Below, in pieces: positions 22,179 to 33,451 of a stretch of 64,000 nucleotides of DNA. Numbering within the stretch: position 1 is the stretch's first letter; each line of letters opens with the position of its first letter. Location: contig CAWHFW010000002.1 in NCBI GenBank assembly GCA_963828735.1, positions 448,001-512,000 on the forward strand, given 5' to 3'. This stretch comes from an uncultured Gemmatimonadales bacterium (GTDB lineage: Bacteria > Gemmatimonadota > Gemmatimonadetes > Gemmatimonadales > GWC2-71-9). Made by a program: the position numbers and the translations under genes. The notes beneath the pieces were generated by a model. That model was not told the DNA's origin. It saw only the letters and a program-made list of their open reading frames with translations, and made no database searches.

Positions 22179-22631
22179 GTGGTCCCGTATCACACGATCG
22201 CCTTCAGCCAGCAGAAGCTGCGTGCGGCCCTTCGTCGCGCCGCCGGGCAGGATCCGGCGTTCACCTACGGCTTCGTGGTCCACTCCCGGCGCCACAGCGA
22301 TTCGCCTACGCTGGGCCTGATCACGTTGCACGGTGAAAGCCTGCCGCTCAACGAGCGGCTGCTCAAGGCACTGGACGGGGCCGCGCTGTGGCTGTTCGGT
22401 CATGCCCGGATCACGCTCGGCTCGGGAATCCCGATGGAGGGCTCCGAACACAGCAAAGCCGATCCAGTGGATCGGCCCTTGTCGTCCCTGCTCATGCACA
22501 TCGCCACCTTCGACACCAACGCCGGCGTGACCCAGCATCTGGTACAGGTCGAGGCCCAGGTGCGGGCGGAGACCCTGGTCCAACCGCTGCTCGTCCTGAC
22601 CCACGCCCGGCCCGACGCCTGGCCCCTGTAG
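22179..22631 (+). CDS. Hypothetical protein
   Basis: 150-aa ORF with normal composition, filling the gap between the kinase and GWxTD genes. Confidence 0.7.
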   Translation: MVPYHTIAFSQQKLRAALRRAAGQDPAFTYGFVVHSRRHSDSPTLGLITLHGESLPLNERLLKALDGAALWLFGHARITLGSGIPMEGSEHSKADPVDRPLSSLLMHIATFDTNAGVTQHLVQVEAQVRAETLVQPLLVLTHARPDAWPL

Positions 22632-22639
22632 CTCGTTCG

Positions 22640-22680
22640 CGGTCGTGACACGGCGGGCCCGGGCCCCCGCGTCACGACCG
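22640..22680. terminator. Hairpin between convergent genes
   Basis: CGGTCGTGAC...GTCACGACCG perfect 10-bp arms. Confidence 0.5.
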
Positions 22681-22685
22681 CCGAC

Positions 22686-24923
22686 TCAAGATTCCTCCGA
22701 CACCACCTGGAACGCCCTCGTCCGCTCGTCCTTCCGTCCCTGATCGTCGGTCACCGTCACCTCCAGCACGTAGTTCCCTGGCTTGAGGCGATCGAGCTGC
22801 AGGCCACGATGAGCGGTCTCGAGGGGGGCTGCGGCCTGGGCGTCGAACTTGACGCTGAGCGCCGCGCCGCCTCCGCCGAAGATCTTCCGGAACAAGCCCC
22901 CGCCCCCACCCTGTCGCTTGACCGCGAGGCGGACCTCGTACGGCGCCCCGGGGCGCAGGCCGTTGATCTCGTAGTACAGCTGCATCTCCTCGCTTCGCTT
23001 GAACGTCTCCAACGGGTTGAAGAGGACCGAGTCCTGGTTAGTGCGCCGCCAGACCAGATTGGCCGTTGGGCTCCCCAGCACCAGGTCGCTCAGTGCGAGT
23101 GAGGTCGACGCGCTACCGCCCACGCGCACGGTGTCGGTCGGAAGCACCACGCCTGATTCTTCGCCCTGCTGGATGGCGAGCCGGTACTGGAGGCGGCCGG
23201 TTGGCACCGTCACCGCCAGGCGACCGACCAGGTGTTCGCCTTCCGGCACCGGCTCGGGCGCCACGAAATGCCGCGTGGTGTCCAGCGAGGCCACGACCCG
23301 CCCCGTCGGGTCGCTTGCCGAGAAACGGACCCGGACGGAGTAGAGATAGCCGCGGGTCACCGTGACGGGCTCCAGTCCCTTCCCCGAGATCGCGTAGGTG
23401 ATCTGCACCAGCGAGCCGGCCGAGTCGTGTCCCACGGCCAGCACGTCGCTTCGCACGCGAAGCTCATCGGCGAAGCGGAGCTGGTAGCTGTCCGTCGTCG
23501 TGCCAAGCTTGATGCTCTCCTGCCCCATCCGGCGCTCCTCGGCCTGGTACTGGCCGCTCCCGATCTGCCCGGCGGACTGCAGCCGCATGTAGATCGGCGA
23601 GAGCTGCTCGCGCGAGAGCAGGAGCTGCTCGGCGACCGGATTGTCCACGGCCTTGTCCCCCCGGAGCGCGATCTGCTGGCTGAAGCCGAGCACGTCGAAG
23701 AGGCTCTCGACCAGCTTGAAGTCCTGCACGTCCTCCCGAGCGACGAAGTGAAACAGCAGGTCCCCATCAGGGCGGCTGTAGCGCCACGACTCGTTCGGCT
23801 CGAGCCCCGGGGCCGCGTACGTCGCGCGACTCGACGGCTCGCCGTGCCGGATGTAGATGACGCCGCGGTCGTCGAAATCGCGGCTGCCCGAGCGATAGCG
23901 CTCGACGATGTCATAGTGCCGATTCAGCGCGGTGAGCTGGAAGTTCTTCCGAGCGTAGAACAGGCGCCGGTAGTGCTCCCGGAGCCGCTCGCCATCCGCA
24001 CGGAGCTCCGCGCGATCGCGGTCGGTCCAGAAACCTTTCAGGTAGGCCACACGCTGGGCGCCGGCCTGGCGATCGAACTCATTCAGGACGCTGTCGGTGG
24101 CGATCGTCGCGAGGTCCGCCCGGTAGGCCGCTACCGTGGTCGGTTCGTCCGAGGCCGCACCGTCGTAGTAGGGCTGCACCCCGTCGAACCGCCCGAGCAG
24201 GAACAGCGTGCGGGCGATCTCGAGCTGGCCGAGGCTCCGGTTCGCGCCGCGGTCGAGATAGCCGTGGAAGGCGGCGAGCGCGGAGTCGCCGTCGCCCACC
24301 TCGCGCTCGACACGCCCGCGGGCGAGCAGGACCTCGGGATCCTGCGCCGCCTGGGTCGAGGCCGAGCGGCGCAGCGCGTCGAGCGCCACGCCGAGCTTGA
24401 TATTCACCCGTTGGCGAAGCGCGGTATTCGAGAGCTCGACCAGGCCGCGCGAGAAGCCAGGATCCACCTCGGCCGATTTCGCAAAGGCCATGGCGGACCG
24501 CGTGAGGGCATCCTTGCCGAGCATCGTCTTGAGACCGGTGACGAACGAGATCTGTGAATCGCCGACGCCGTACTCGGCCTGGCCCATGCCGTACCACGCA
24601 TAGGGCCACGTAGGCTGCAGGTCGATCGCCCACTGGAATTCGGAGGCGGCGTCGTCGTAGTGCGACTGCCCCCCGAGCTCGCCGAGGCGGAGGGAGATGA
24701 AGCCGAGCTTGAGATGGACGTAGGCGTTGCCGCGCTCGGTCTTGGCCAGGTCGATCGTCCGCCGTTCCAGCGCGAGCAGCCCCGTCGAATCCGACGTCGC
24801 CGCCAGCGAATCGCGAAACTGCTCCAGACCGGCACGCTCGGCCGGAGACTGTGCGTGCAGGCGGGAGGCAACGGCGACCAGCGCGACCGCAAGAGGCGCG
24901 AGACGCGAGCCGGGGACAGCCAT
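22686..24923 (-). CDS. Exported TPR + GWxTD-domain protein
   Basis: Signal peptide ending LHA-Q; TPR-like helices; FWTDRD...EHYRRLFYA...DDRGVIYIRHGEP...ESWRY, typical of GWxTD domains; beta-rich C-terminus. Confidence 0.85.
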   Translation of the reverse strand: MAVPGSRLAPLAVALVAVASRLHAQSPAERAGLEQFRDSLAATSDSTGLLALERRTIDLAKTERGNAYVHLKLGFISLRLGELGGQSHYDDAASEFQWAIDLQPTWPYAWYGMGQAEYGVGDSQISFVTGLKTMLGKDALTRSAMAFAKSAEVDPGFSRGLVELSNTALRQRVNIKLGVALDALRRSASTQAAQDPEVLLARGRVEREVGDGDSALAAFHGYLDRGANRSLGQLEIARTLFLLGRFDGVQPYYDGAASDEPTTVAAYRADLATIATDSVLNEFDRQAGAQRVAYLKGFWTDRDRAELRADGERLREHYRRLFYARKNFQLTALNRHYDIVERYRSGSRDFDDRGVIYIRHGEPSSRATYAAPGLEPNESWRYSRPDGDLLFHFVAREDVQDFKLVESLFDVLGFSQQIALRGDKAVDNPVAEQLLLSREQLSPIYMRLQSAGQIGSGQYQAEERRMGQESIKLGTTTDSYQLRFADELRVRSDVLAVGHDSAGSLVQITYAISGKGLEPVTVTRGYLYSVRVRFSASDPTGRVVASLDTTRHFVAPEPVPEGEHLVGRLAVTVPTGRLQYRLAIQQGEESGVVLPTDTVRVGGSASTSLALSDLVLGSPTANLVWRRTNQDSVLFNPLETFKRSEEMQLYYEINGLRPGAPYEVRLAVKRQGGGGGLFRKIFGGGGAALSVKFDAQAAAPLETAHRGLQLDRLKPGNYVLEVTVTDDQGRKDERTRAFQVVSEES

Positions 24924-25049
24924 CAGGAGATCCTCATGCGGAGAATCCGGAAGGGCGCCGCCCCACGGTGGACCAGCGGCGGCGGATTCGCCTTAGGAGA
25001 CGCCGGGGGCCCGCTCCGGACCACATTCCGCAGATCGCAGTCGCGGGCC

Positions 25050-27017
25050 TCACGGCGATTGCGCGGCGTACGTCCTAAGATACTCGCGCAGCCCGTCGAG
25101 AACGGCCTGCGCGTAGCGGTGGCGCCCGTCGGCCGAGCGCAGCGCCGCCTCCTGGTCGGGCATCATCATGAAGAGCCCTTCCGTGAGGACCGATGGCATC
25201 CACGTCCCTCGCACCAGGGCGAGGTCGCCCCGGCCGATACCGAGGTCGCGGAGGCCCAGCCGGCTCAGCAGCGCGGCCTGGATGGCGCGCGCGAGTGGGA
25301 CGCTCCGAGGATGATTGTAGTAGACGCTGGTGCCGTTGTTCACGAACGGATTGATCCCGTCCGGCAGGCCATTGTTGTGGATCGAAATCAGCACGTCGGC
25401 ACCGGCCTGCTCCGCCAGGTGCACTCGGGGCCAGAGATCGACCGCGCTGTCCGTGGTGCGCGTCATCAGCACCTTGGCCCCTGCCTCCTCCAGCAGGCGC
25501 CGCAGCTCGAACGCCACACCCAGGTTGGCCTCGGCCTCGCGCAGCCCGGTGGGACCGGTGGCGCCGCCCGGCGGGTGGCCGGGGTCCACGGCAATGAGGC
25601 GGCCCCGGAGCGGCTGGCCCTCGTCGATCACCGGGGGTCGACGGATGTCCACGACCAGGTCGCTTCGATCCCACCGCGTCCGATATCCCCACACCGGACG
25701 ACTCAGCTCGAACGTCAAAGACACCTCGTCCGCCGCATCCTGCCGCCAGCTCATCCGGCGCACCAGCGAATCCGTGGCACCATACCGCATCCAGTCCACG
25801 TCACCAGAAGCGCCATAGAGCGTGACGACCAGCGCGCGATCGGTCTCATCGACACGAAACGGCACGCGTTGACTGAGCGGAATGCGCACGCTGGCCCGGT
25901 CCGCCGCCGGAGTGACCGTCACCGACCCGACGACGGCGGACGGTGCCGGCCCACCTCGAGCTACCGCTCGCGCCTCGACGACCGGGACCCAGGCCTCCGC
26001 CTCGCGCGAGAGACGGAGTCGGAGATCCCCGTTCCGTCGGCCCGTCACCGCGGCGCGGGTTCCCGAGGGGAAGAACCACGTGTACGTCCCCCCCGGCACC
26101 GCGCGCCCGACCGTCAGGCTATCCGGGACCGTGCCCTGCGCCGTGTCGTCCGTCAGCTCGGCCACCAATGGCATGCTGTCGAGCACCGCTACCTGAAGCG
26201 GCCAGCGTGCCCGCGCCGTATCCGCCCCGACGATCGCCTCGACCGTGGCCCACGCCGTGTCGACCGGAACGAGAGCGAAGGGCAGCGGCAGCACGTCGCC
26301 CGGATCGGGTCCGACCGCGCGGCCTCGCAAGAGCCCGACGTAGCGGTCGCGGACGACCGGCGTCCTGAGTCGCGCCGTATCGCGGTCGAACGCGCGCACC
26401 CCCGCCGTAACCTCGAGGGCGCCGGGCTGCGGCGTCAGCGGAACGGACGTGCCGTCGGACAGCCTGAGCCGAACCTGTGCGCCTTCGGCGGCCCGGACGC
26501 CCAGCGTGAGGTACTCTCCCTGACCGAGCCAGACGCGGCCCGACGGAGCGAGCGACAGTGTGTCTACCCACGCGGCGCCGACAGTGAGGCGGCCAGCATC
26601 GGGAACGACGCGACGCACCGGGTAGTCGAGTACCGCCGAGTCCGAGGCCGTCCGCGCGTCGATGTGGATCTGAACGAGGCTGTCGGTCGGGAGAGCGACA
26701 TACGCCAGCCACGCGCCGTTCGGCCAGACCCGTGCCGGCTGACCGTCGACCGTCACCTTCGCCTCGCCAGTGCCGGCGGTGCCGAAGAGAAAGCTCGAAT
26801 CTCGGATCTGCAGCACCGCGTCCGGCGGCGGGTATGCTACGTGGAGACCGAGTGGTCCGCGCACCACCGGCACCGGCGGCAGCGCGCGCGACGTACCCAG
26901 CGACTCGGCGAGAATCCGGTTGGCGGGCACGGGCACCGCGGGTGGAGCCGCGGACCCACCGCACGCGACCGTCAGCAGACACGTCGTGGTCAGCGCGACC
27001 CCCACACGAGGCACCAT
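25050..27017 (-). CDS. N-acetylmuramoyl-L-alanine amidase (Amidase_3), probable lipoprotein
   Basis: Lipobox LTVA-C; C-terminal VDPGH, REAEANL, ISIHNN, SVLTE zinc/catalytic residues. Confidence 0.92.
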   Translation of the reverse strand: MVPRVGVALTTTCLLTVACGGSAAPPAVPVPANRILAESLGTSRALPPVPVVRGPLGLHVAYPPPDAVLQIRDSSFLFGTAGTGEAKVTVDGQPARVWPNGAWLAYVALPTDSLVQIHIDARTASDSAVLDYPVRRVVPDAGRLTVGAAWVDTLSLAPSGRVWLGQGEYLTLGVRAAEGAQVRLRLSDGTSVPLTPQPGALEVTAGVRAFDRDTARLRTPVVRDRYVGLLRGRAVGPDPGDVLPLPFALVPVDTAWATVEAIVGADTARARWPLQVAVLDSMPLVAELTDDTAQGTVPDSLTVGRAVPGGTYTWFFPSGTRAAVTGRRNGDLRLRLSREAEAWVPVVEARAVARGGPAPSAVVGSVTVTPAADRASVRIPLSQRVPFRVDETDRALVVTLYGASGDVDWMRYGATDSLVRRMSWRQDAADEVSLTFELSRPVWGYRTRWDRSDLVVDIRRPPVIDEGQPLRGRLIAVDPGHPPGGATGPTGLREAEANLGVAFELRRLLEEAGAKVLMTRTTDSAVDLWPRVHLAEQAGADVLISIHNNGLPDGINPFVNNGTSVYYNHPRSVPLARAIQAALLSRLGLRDLGIGRGDLALVRGTWMPSVLTEGLFMMMPDQEAALRSADGRHRYAQAVLDGLREYLRTYAAQSP

Positions 27018-27137
27018 GGCTGCAAGGTACACATTGACTAAGACTTACGACAAGCGGACGTTGACGCTCCTCCAGGGGCGGCCTAGATTCGTGACACCTC
27101 CACGTCACCGAATGGATCATCGGAAGGAACCACACGC

Positions 27138-28157
27138 GTGACGCTCCCGGTCCAGGTGTCCGTTTTTGGCAAGACCGATCTCGGGCGGACCAGGGAGCAC
27201 AATGAGGACACCTTCCTGGTGGCCGACTTGAGCACCGGGAATGCCAGCCTCCATCCCGAAGTCCGACGCCACGAGGTCGGCCCGCGCGGATCACTGTTCA
27301 TGGTGGCCGACGGCATGGGTGGCGCCGCCGCGGGCGAGCTCGCCAGCGCGATGGCCGCCGACCTGATCTACCATCACCTCGCCACCGCCTGGGTGACCGA
27401 CGACGATCCCTCCGCCGATCGCTTCGCGTACCGGATGAAGGAGGCGGTCGAGCTGGCCAACCAGAAGATCTACGGCTACGCCCGGGAGCATCCCGAGGTC
27501 AGGGGCATGGGAACCACTGTCACCGCCGCCGGCGTCAACGGCGATGATCTGTACCTCGCGCAAATCGGCGACAGCCGCGCGTACCTCGTGCGGAGCGGCG
27601 AGGCCATCCAGCTCACGAAGGACCAGTCGCTCATGCAGCGACTGGTGGATGCGGGGGAGCTCACCGAGGAGGAGGCGGAGCAGAGCGAGCGCCGTAACAT
27701 CATCCTTCAGGCGCTGGGGCCGGATCCCCGGGTGAAAGTGGACCTCACCCACCAGACGCTCCGCCGCGGCGACACGCTCATCATCTGCTCGGACGGACTC
27801 TCGGGACTCGTCAAACGCGAAGAGTTCCCCGCGATAGTGGCGCGCAATCCGGAGCTCTCCGACCTGTGCGGAGCGTTGATCGACCTCGCCAACGAGCGCG
27901 GCGGGCCCGACAACATCACCGTGGTCGCGGCGCACTTCGAGGGTGACGGACTGCCCGAGCCGAGCGCCACCGAGGACGTCGGCTACGCCGTGTATCATCT
28001 GGCCGACGGCGACGGCGATGACGAACCCACCACCGTTCCCACCGTGTCGGCCCCGATCGCCGAGCCGCCAGCGATGATGGGCAGCCGGGCGAGAACCGTC
28101 CTGCTCCTCGCCGCGGTGTTCTGCCTGATCCTCGCGCTCCTGGCCGTCTGGCTCTGA
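27138..28157 (+). CDS. PP2C-family Ser/Thr phosphatase with C-terminal membrane anchor
   Basis: GRTREHNED, VADGMGG, IGDSRAY, CSDGL, GGPDNIT; hydrophobic tail. Confidence 0.95.
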   Translation: MTLPVQVSVFGKTDLGRTREHNEDTFLVADLSTGNASLHPEVRRHEVGPRGSLFMVADGMGGAAAGELASAMAADLIYHHLATAWVTDDDPSADRFAYRMKEAVELANQKIYGYAREHPEVRGMGTTVTAAGVNGDDLYLAQIGDSRAYLVRSGEAIQLTKDQSLMQRLVDAGELTEEEAEQSERRNIILQALGPDPRVKVDLTHQTLRRGDTLIICSDGLSGLVKREEFPAIVARNPELSDLCGALIDLANERGGPDNITVVAAHFEGDGLPEPSATEDVGYAVYHLADGDGDDEPTTVPTVSAPIAEPPAMMGSRARTVLLLAAVFCLILALLAVWL

Positions 28158-28189
28158 ACTCCGCTCCCGACGCCCGCCTCGGCGCCCGG

Positions 28190-29347
28190 TTGGGCTGGAT
28201 CGGGGCGCTCTCCTTCGCCTCCGGCCTTCCCTACTTCTTCTTCACCGAAACCGTGCCGGTCTGGCTGGCCGTGTCGGGCATGACGATCGGCGCTCTCGGC
28301 TTTACCTCATCGAGCGCGACGCTCCCGTGGGTGCTCAAGTTTCTCTGGGCGCCCCTGGTGGATCGCCTCGGGACTCGGCGCCTCTGGATCCGCATCTGTC
28401 TCGGCCTCCTGGCAGTGGTCACCGCGGTGCTCGCGGGTGCCGACCCCGTGCGGCACGCCGGGCAGCTCGCGGCGGTGCTCCTGCTGTACGTCGCGCTGTC
28501 GGCGACACAGGACATCGCCATCGACGCCTACACCATCGACACGACCCACGGCCGCGAGCTGGGGGTAGCGAACTCGGTCCGGATCGGCGCCTATCGCGCC
28601 GCGAGCTTCGTGAGCAGTGCCCTGCTGGTGTGGATCGCGGGCCGCTCGGGTTGGCACACTGCGTTTCTCGCGGGCGCGGGACTCTTCGCCGGACTCGCCG
28701 TGGCCACCCTCGTCCTGCCGTCACCGAGTCGCGCCACGGCCCACCCCGCGAGCCTCGGCGAGCCGATCCGGGCGTTGCTCGCCCGCCCCGGGATCTGGTG
28801 GGTGATCGGGTTCGCCCTCCTGTTCAAGCTGGACATCTCGGCGATGGAATGGATGACGAAGCCGTTCTGGGTGGCCAGCGGATTCTCGCTGGAGCAGATC
28901 GCCACCCTGACGACCGGCCGCCTCCTGGCCACACTCGGCGGGGCCGCGCTCGGTGGGGTCATCGCGAGCCGGATCGGGATCTTCCACGCATTGTGGTCGC
29001 TGGGGATGGTGCAGCTGTTATCGAGTCTGGGCTACGCGGCGGCGGCGGCTTCGGGGGCGGGCAAATCGGCTATCGTCGCGGCGGCGCTGTTCGAGAACTT
29101 CGCGGCTGGGCTGGGAACCGCCGCGTTCCTCGCCTTCCTCATGTCGGTGTGCGAGCGACGCTACGCGGCGACGCAGTTCGCGCTGCTCAGCGCCGTGTTT
29201 GCCCTGAGCCGAATGCTGGTTGGGCTGCCCTCCGGCACCATGGTAGAACACCTCGGCTACGCACGGTACTTCTTCCTGACATTCCTGATGGGGTTGCCGG
29301 CCTACCTCCTCCTCCCACGCATCCGGCACGCGTCCATCGGCGAGTGA
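28190..29347 (+). CDS. ampG: AmpG-family muropeptide MFS permease
   Basis: FASGLPY, LPWVLKFLWAPLVD, SATQDIAIDAY, ATQFALLS. Start uncertain. Confidence 0.88.
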   Translation: MGWIGALSFASGLPYFFFTETVPVWLAVSGMTIGALGFTSSSATLPWVLKFLWAPLVDRLGTRRLWIRICLGLLAVVTAVLAGADPVRHAGQLAAVLLLYVALSATQDIAIDAYTIDTTHGRELGVANSVRIGAYRAASFVSSALLVWIAGRSGWHTAFLAGAGLFAGLAVATLVLPSPSRATAHPASLGEPIRALLARPGIWWVIGFALLFKLDISAMEWMTKPFWVASGFSLEQIATLTTGRLLATLGGAALGGVIASRIGIFHALWSLGMVQLLSSLGYAAAAASGAGKSAIVAAALFENFAAGLGTAAFLAFLMSVCERRYAATQFALLSAVFALSRMLVGLPSGTMVEHLGYARYFFLTFLMGLPAYLLLPRIRHASIGE

Positions 29348-29380
29348 GCTTGCCAGGTCATGACGACGGGGCCGTGCGAC

Positions 29381-29836
29381 TCAGCCGATGCCTCGCGCCA
29401 TGGCCGTAGCGGCGAGCAGCATGAGGACCAGCAACACGCTCTGTCCGTAGCTGATCCTGGCAAGCGCGGCCCCCGCCGACGTATCGGGAATCGAGCCCTT
29501 CGACACGGTCATGCGCCAGCGGATCAGTGTGATCATCGGCCAGATCTCGAGCGCGAGAATCGCGATCAGCAAGCTCATCTTGCCGATGAAGGCATGACTC
29601 GACAGGTAGTAGCCGGTCGGCTTCTCGGCGCCGCCCAGCAATCGCCACAGCCCGGTCCCCACGAGGATCAGCGCCGACAGCCCCCACCAGCTGTCGGCCG
29701 CAAACACACGCCTGAGCGCCGGGACGTCGAGCGGACGAGCCTCGAGTGACCGTGCCCGCGCCCACGAGGAGCCGAGGGCGACGCCGAAGCCGAACAGGTG
29801 AAGCGCCGCGAGCATCCAGCGCAGGGTCAGCGACAC
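29381..29836 (-). CDS. DUF2214-like membrane protein
   Basis: LAALH, ADSWWGLSA..TGLWR...EK..YY, EIWPMI, MARGIG. Confidence 0.8.
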   Translation of the reverse strand: MSLTLRWMLAALHLFGFGVALGSSWARARSLEARPLDVPALRRVFAADSWWGLSALILVGTGLWRLLGGAEKPTGYYLSSHAFIGKMSLLIAILALEIWPMITLIRWRMTVSKGSIPDTSAGAALARISYGQSVLLVLMLLAATAMARGIG

Positions 29837-29922
29837 GCGAATGCCGATCGTAGCCGGGCCGAGCCCGGCTCACTGAGGGTGGGCTGCCAGTTCACGGTCT
29901 TCGCCGTCCGGCGATCCGCACC

Positions 29923-31344
29923 TCATGCGAGGCGGCGCGTCAGCCAGCGACCCACGGCCTCCTGCATCAATCGCTGCCGGTGCCACGCGAGGAGCACCGG
30001 GGCATCGGTCGGCAAGTCGGGCAGCAGGCGGGGATGTCCGAACAGCACGATCAAGTCCGCGCCGGGCACCGCGTTCGCGAGCGCGTCGCGGGACTCGGAC
30101 GAGAATCCCGAGCGGCCCTTCCAGGCGCGCGGCTCGGCGAACGCGAGCACGACGCGCGAGCCCCCGCTGTAGCGTCCAACGTAGTCGGGGCCAAGCCGCT
30201 TCGCCGTCCAGTCGCTCGGACCAGGGGGATAGGGACCGCCGAGGTCGTCGTCAACCACGATGAGATCGATCGGGCCGTGGAGGGTGGGCGCGTCGCCACG
30301 CAGCATTCCCTGCTCCAACAACGCGTCCGCCAGCGCATCGGCCGAATCGAACGGGCCGCGGCTGACCGGCGGCGTCGGACTCGTGGCCGTGGCGAGCGCG
30401 CGCTCGTAGCGGCGGAGCGACTCGGCGAGCCGGGGCTCCGCCAGGGAGCCGCTCGCGAGCGCCTGGTCGAGCGCGTCGCGCACCCGGCGCGCATCGTTGG
30501 GATAGAGCAGCAGGTCCACGCCCGCCCGCACGGCCTCCACGGCCGCGTCGGACTCGCGGCGGCCGGCCAACGCGCCGTCCATGATGAGTGCGTCCGACAC
30601 GACAAGTCCGTCGTAGCCCAATCGGTCGCGCAGCTCCGCCATGATCGGCGGCGAGAGTGTGGCGGGCAGGCCAGCCGGATCGAGGGACGGGTAAGCGACG
30701 TGCGCGGTCATGACGGACGCCACGCCGCTCTCAACGGCAATGGCGAACGGCAGCAGATCACTCTCGCGCAGGGTACCCGCGGCATCGGTCACGACCGGCA
30801 TGGCGATGTGCGAGTCGACCGTCGTGCGTCCGTGCCCGGGAAAATGCTTGACGCAGGCGAGCGCACCGGCACTCTGGCAGCCCTCGATCCAGGTCCGGAC
30901 GAGGCTGGCGACACGATTCGGATCGTCGCCGAAGGCACGCGTCTGCACGATGGGATTGTCGGGAAGCACGTCGAGGTCCCCGACCGGTGCGAAGACCCAG
31001 TTGATCCCTACGGCGCGCGCTTCCTGGGCCGTTACGGCCCCGGCCCACCGCACGACCGAGGCGTCCCCGAGCGACGCGAGCGCCAGCGGGGGCGGAAACT
31101 GGGTGAGCCCCGTGACCTGCTGGCCGGCGCCCCGTTCCAGGTCCGAGGCGATGAGCAGCGGCCGCCCGGCCCGCCGCAGCAGGTCCGCGGTCAGTCGGCG
31201 GACCGATTCCACGGTGCCGCCGAAGATGATGAAGCCGCCCACGCCGAGGTCGAGCGCGTCCGCGATACGAGCGGCTTCGTGGACGAAGGCGCCGTCGTCC
31301 GCGGCGCGCAACGCGGGGAGAATGAGGCGACCGGAAAGGGTCAT
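29923..31344 (-). CDS. nagZ: GH3 beta-N-acetylglucosaminidase
   Basis: SDLERG, FAPVGD, KHFPGHGRTTVDSH (NagZ Asp-His loop), VSDALIM; ATGA overlap with anmK. Confidence 0.9.
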   Translation of the reverse strand: MTLSGRLILPALRAADDGAFVHEAARIADALDLGVGGFIIFGGTVESVRRLTADLLRRAGRPLLIASDLERGAGQQVTGLTQFPPPLALASLGDASVVRWAGAVTAQEARAVGINWVFAPVGDLDVLPDNPIVQTRAFGDDPNRVASLVRTWIEGCQSAGALACVKHFPGHGRTTVDSHIAMPVVTDAAGTLRESDLLPFAIAVESGVASVMTAHVAYPSLDPAGLPATLSPPIMAELRDRLGYDGLVVSDALIMDGALAGRRESDAAVEAVRAGVDLLLYPNDARRVRDALDQALASGSLAEPRLAESLRRYERALATATSPTPPVSRGPFDSADALADALLEQGMLRGDAPTLHGPIDLIVVDDDLGGPYPPGPSDWTAKRLGPDYVGRYSGGSRVVLAFAEPRAWKGRSGFSSESRDALANAVPGADLIVLFGHPRLLPDLPTDAPVLLAWHRQRLMQEAVGRWLTRRLA

Positions 31345-32449
31345 GCCGGAGTCACCATGCCGAGGACGCGTGCGCCGCCCGCTCCCGTGGCGGCGGGGAC
31401 GTTGCCCGGTTGCCCATGAAGCGTGAGATATCCGAGCAGCGCGAACGCGACGGCTTCCTTGGCGTCGCCCGGAAAAAACAGGTCGCTGAACCGCAAGAGC
31501 CGATGATCGCCGCCGGCGCGCATGTGCCGCTCGAGCGCGGCCATGAGGCCTGGATGATGGCATCCTCCGCCGGACGCGACCACGTCCACCCCCGCAGGAG
31601 TCCATCGCTGCACGGCGGACGCCACGCTCCGCGCCGTGAGCTCGACCGCCGTCGCGACGCCGTCGGGCCCGGGTACGCGCCCGTGCAGCGCCGCCGCGTA
31701 GGCGTCGCCGAAGCGCTCGCGTCCGGTGGTCTTCGGCGGTGGCTCCGAGAAGAATGGGTCCGCCAGTAGCTCCGCCAGGACGGCCTCGTCGGGCCGTCCG
31801 GCCGCGGAGATCAACCCGTCGCGATCGTACGAGCGCCGCCGGTCCACGCGCCCGGCAACGCCGTCGATCACCGCCACCCCGGGGCCGGTATCGAACGCGA
31901 GCACGCCATCCTCCTGCCCGCGCCGCGGCACGAAGGTGAGGTTGGCCATGCCTCCCAGGTTGAGCAGCACGCGCGGGCCGTCGGGCGAAGCGAAAAGCAG
32001 GACGTCCGCCATGGGGACGAGTGGCGCGCCCTGGCCGCCTGCCGCGAGATCGCGCGAGCGGAAGTTGCTCACGACGCGGATCCCGAACCGCTCGGCCAGC
32101 ACCGCGGGTTCGCCGAGCTGCCACGTGACGATCGGCGGCTCATGCCAGATGGTCTGGCCGTGGAAGGCGATGAGCGCCACCTCGGACGCGGGCACCTGCG
32201 CCTGCACGAGCAAAGTCTCCACCGCGTCGGCGGCCCACTCCGCGAGGCGCACGTGCAGCCGCGCCAGCGACGTGGTGTCGCCGCCGGTGATCGCGTGGCG
32301 CAGCGCGCCACGCTCCTCCGCCGAGTATGGACGGGTGACGAAGTTGAGCAGCTCGGCATGGGAGGGGCCGGTGAGACGGACCAGGGCGGCGTCCATGCCG
32401 TCGAGCGATGTGCCGGACATGAGTCCGATGGCCAGCGTCGGGCGCTCGT

Positions 32450-32453
<4 letters not shown>
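31341..32453 (-). CDS. anmK: Anhydro-N-acetylmuramic acid kinase
   Basis: GLMSGTSLDGMD, HGQT, DLAAGGQGAPL, NLGGMAN, FDTGPG, PKTTGRE. Confidence 0.97.
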
Positions 32454-33380
<927 letters not shown>

Positions 33381-33451
33381 GGCTAAATTAGAGCCCGTGC
33401 GTCGCCCGGGGCAACCTCCCCGACACATTCCTTCCTTCCACGAGGATCCGT

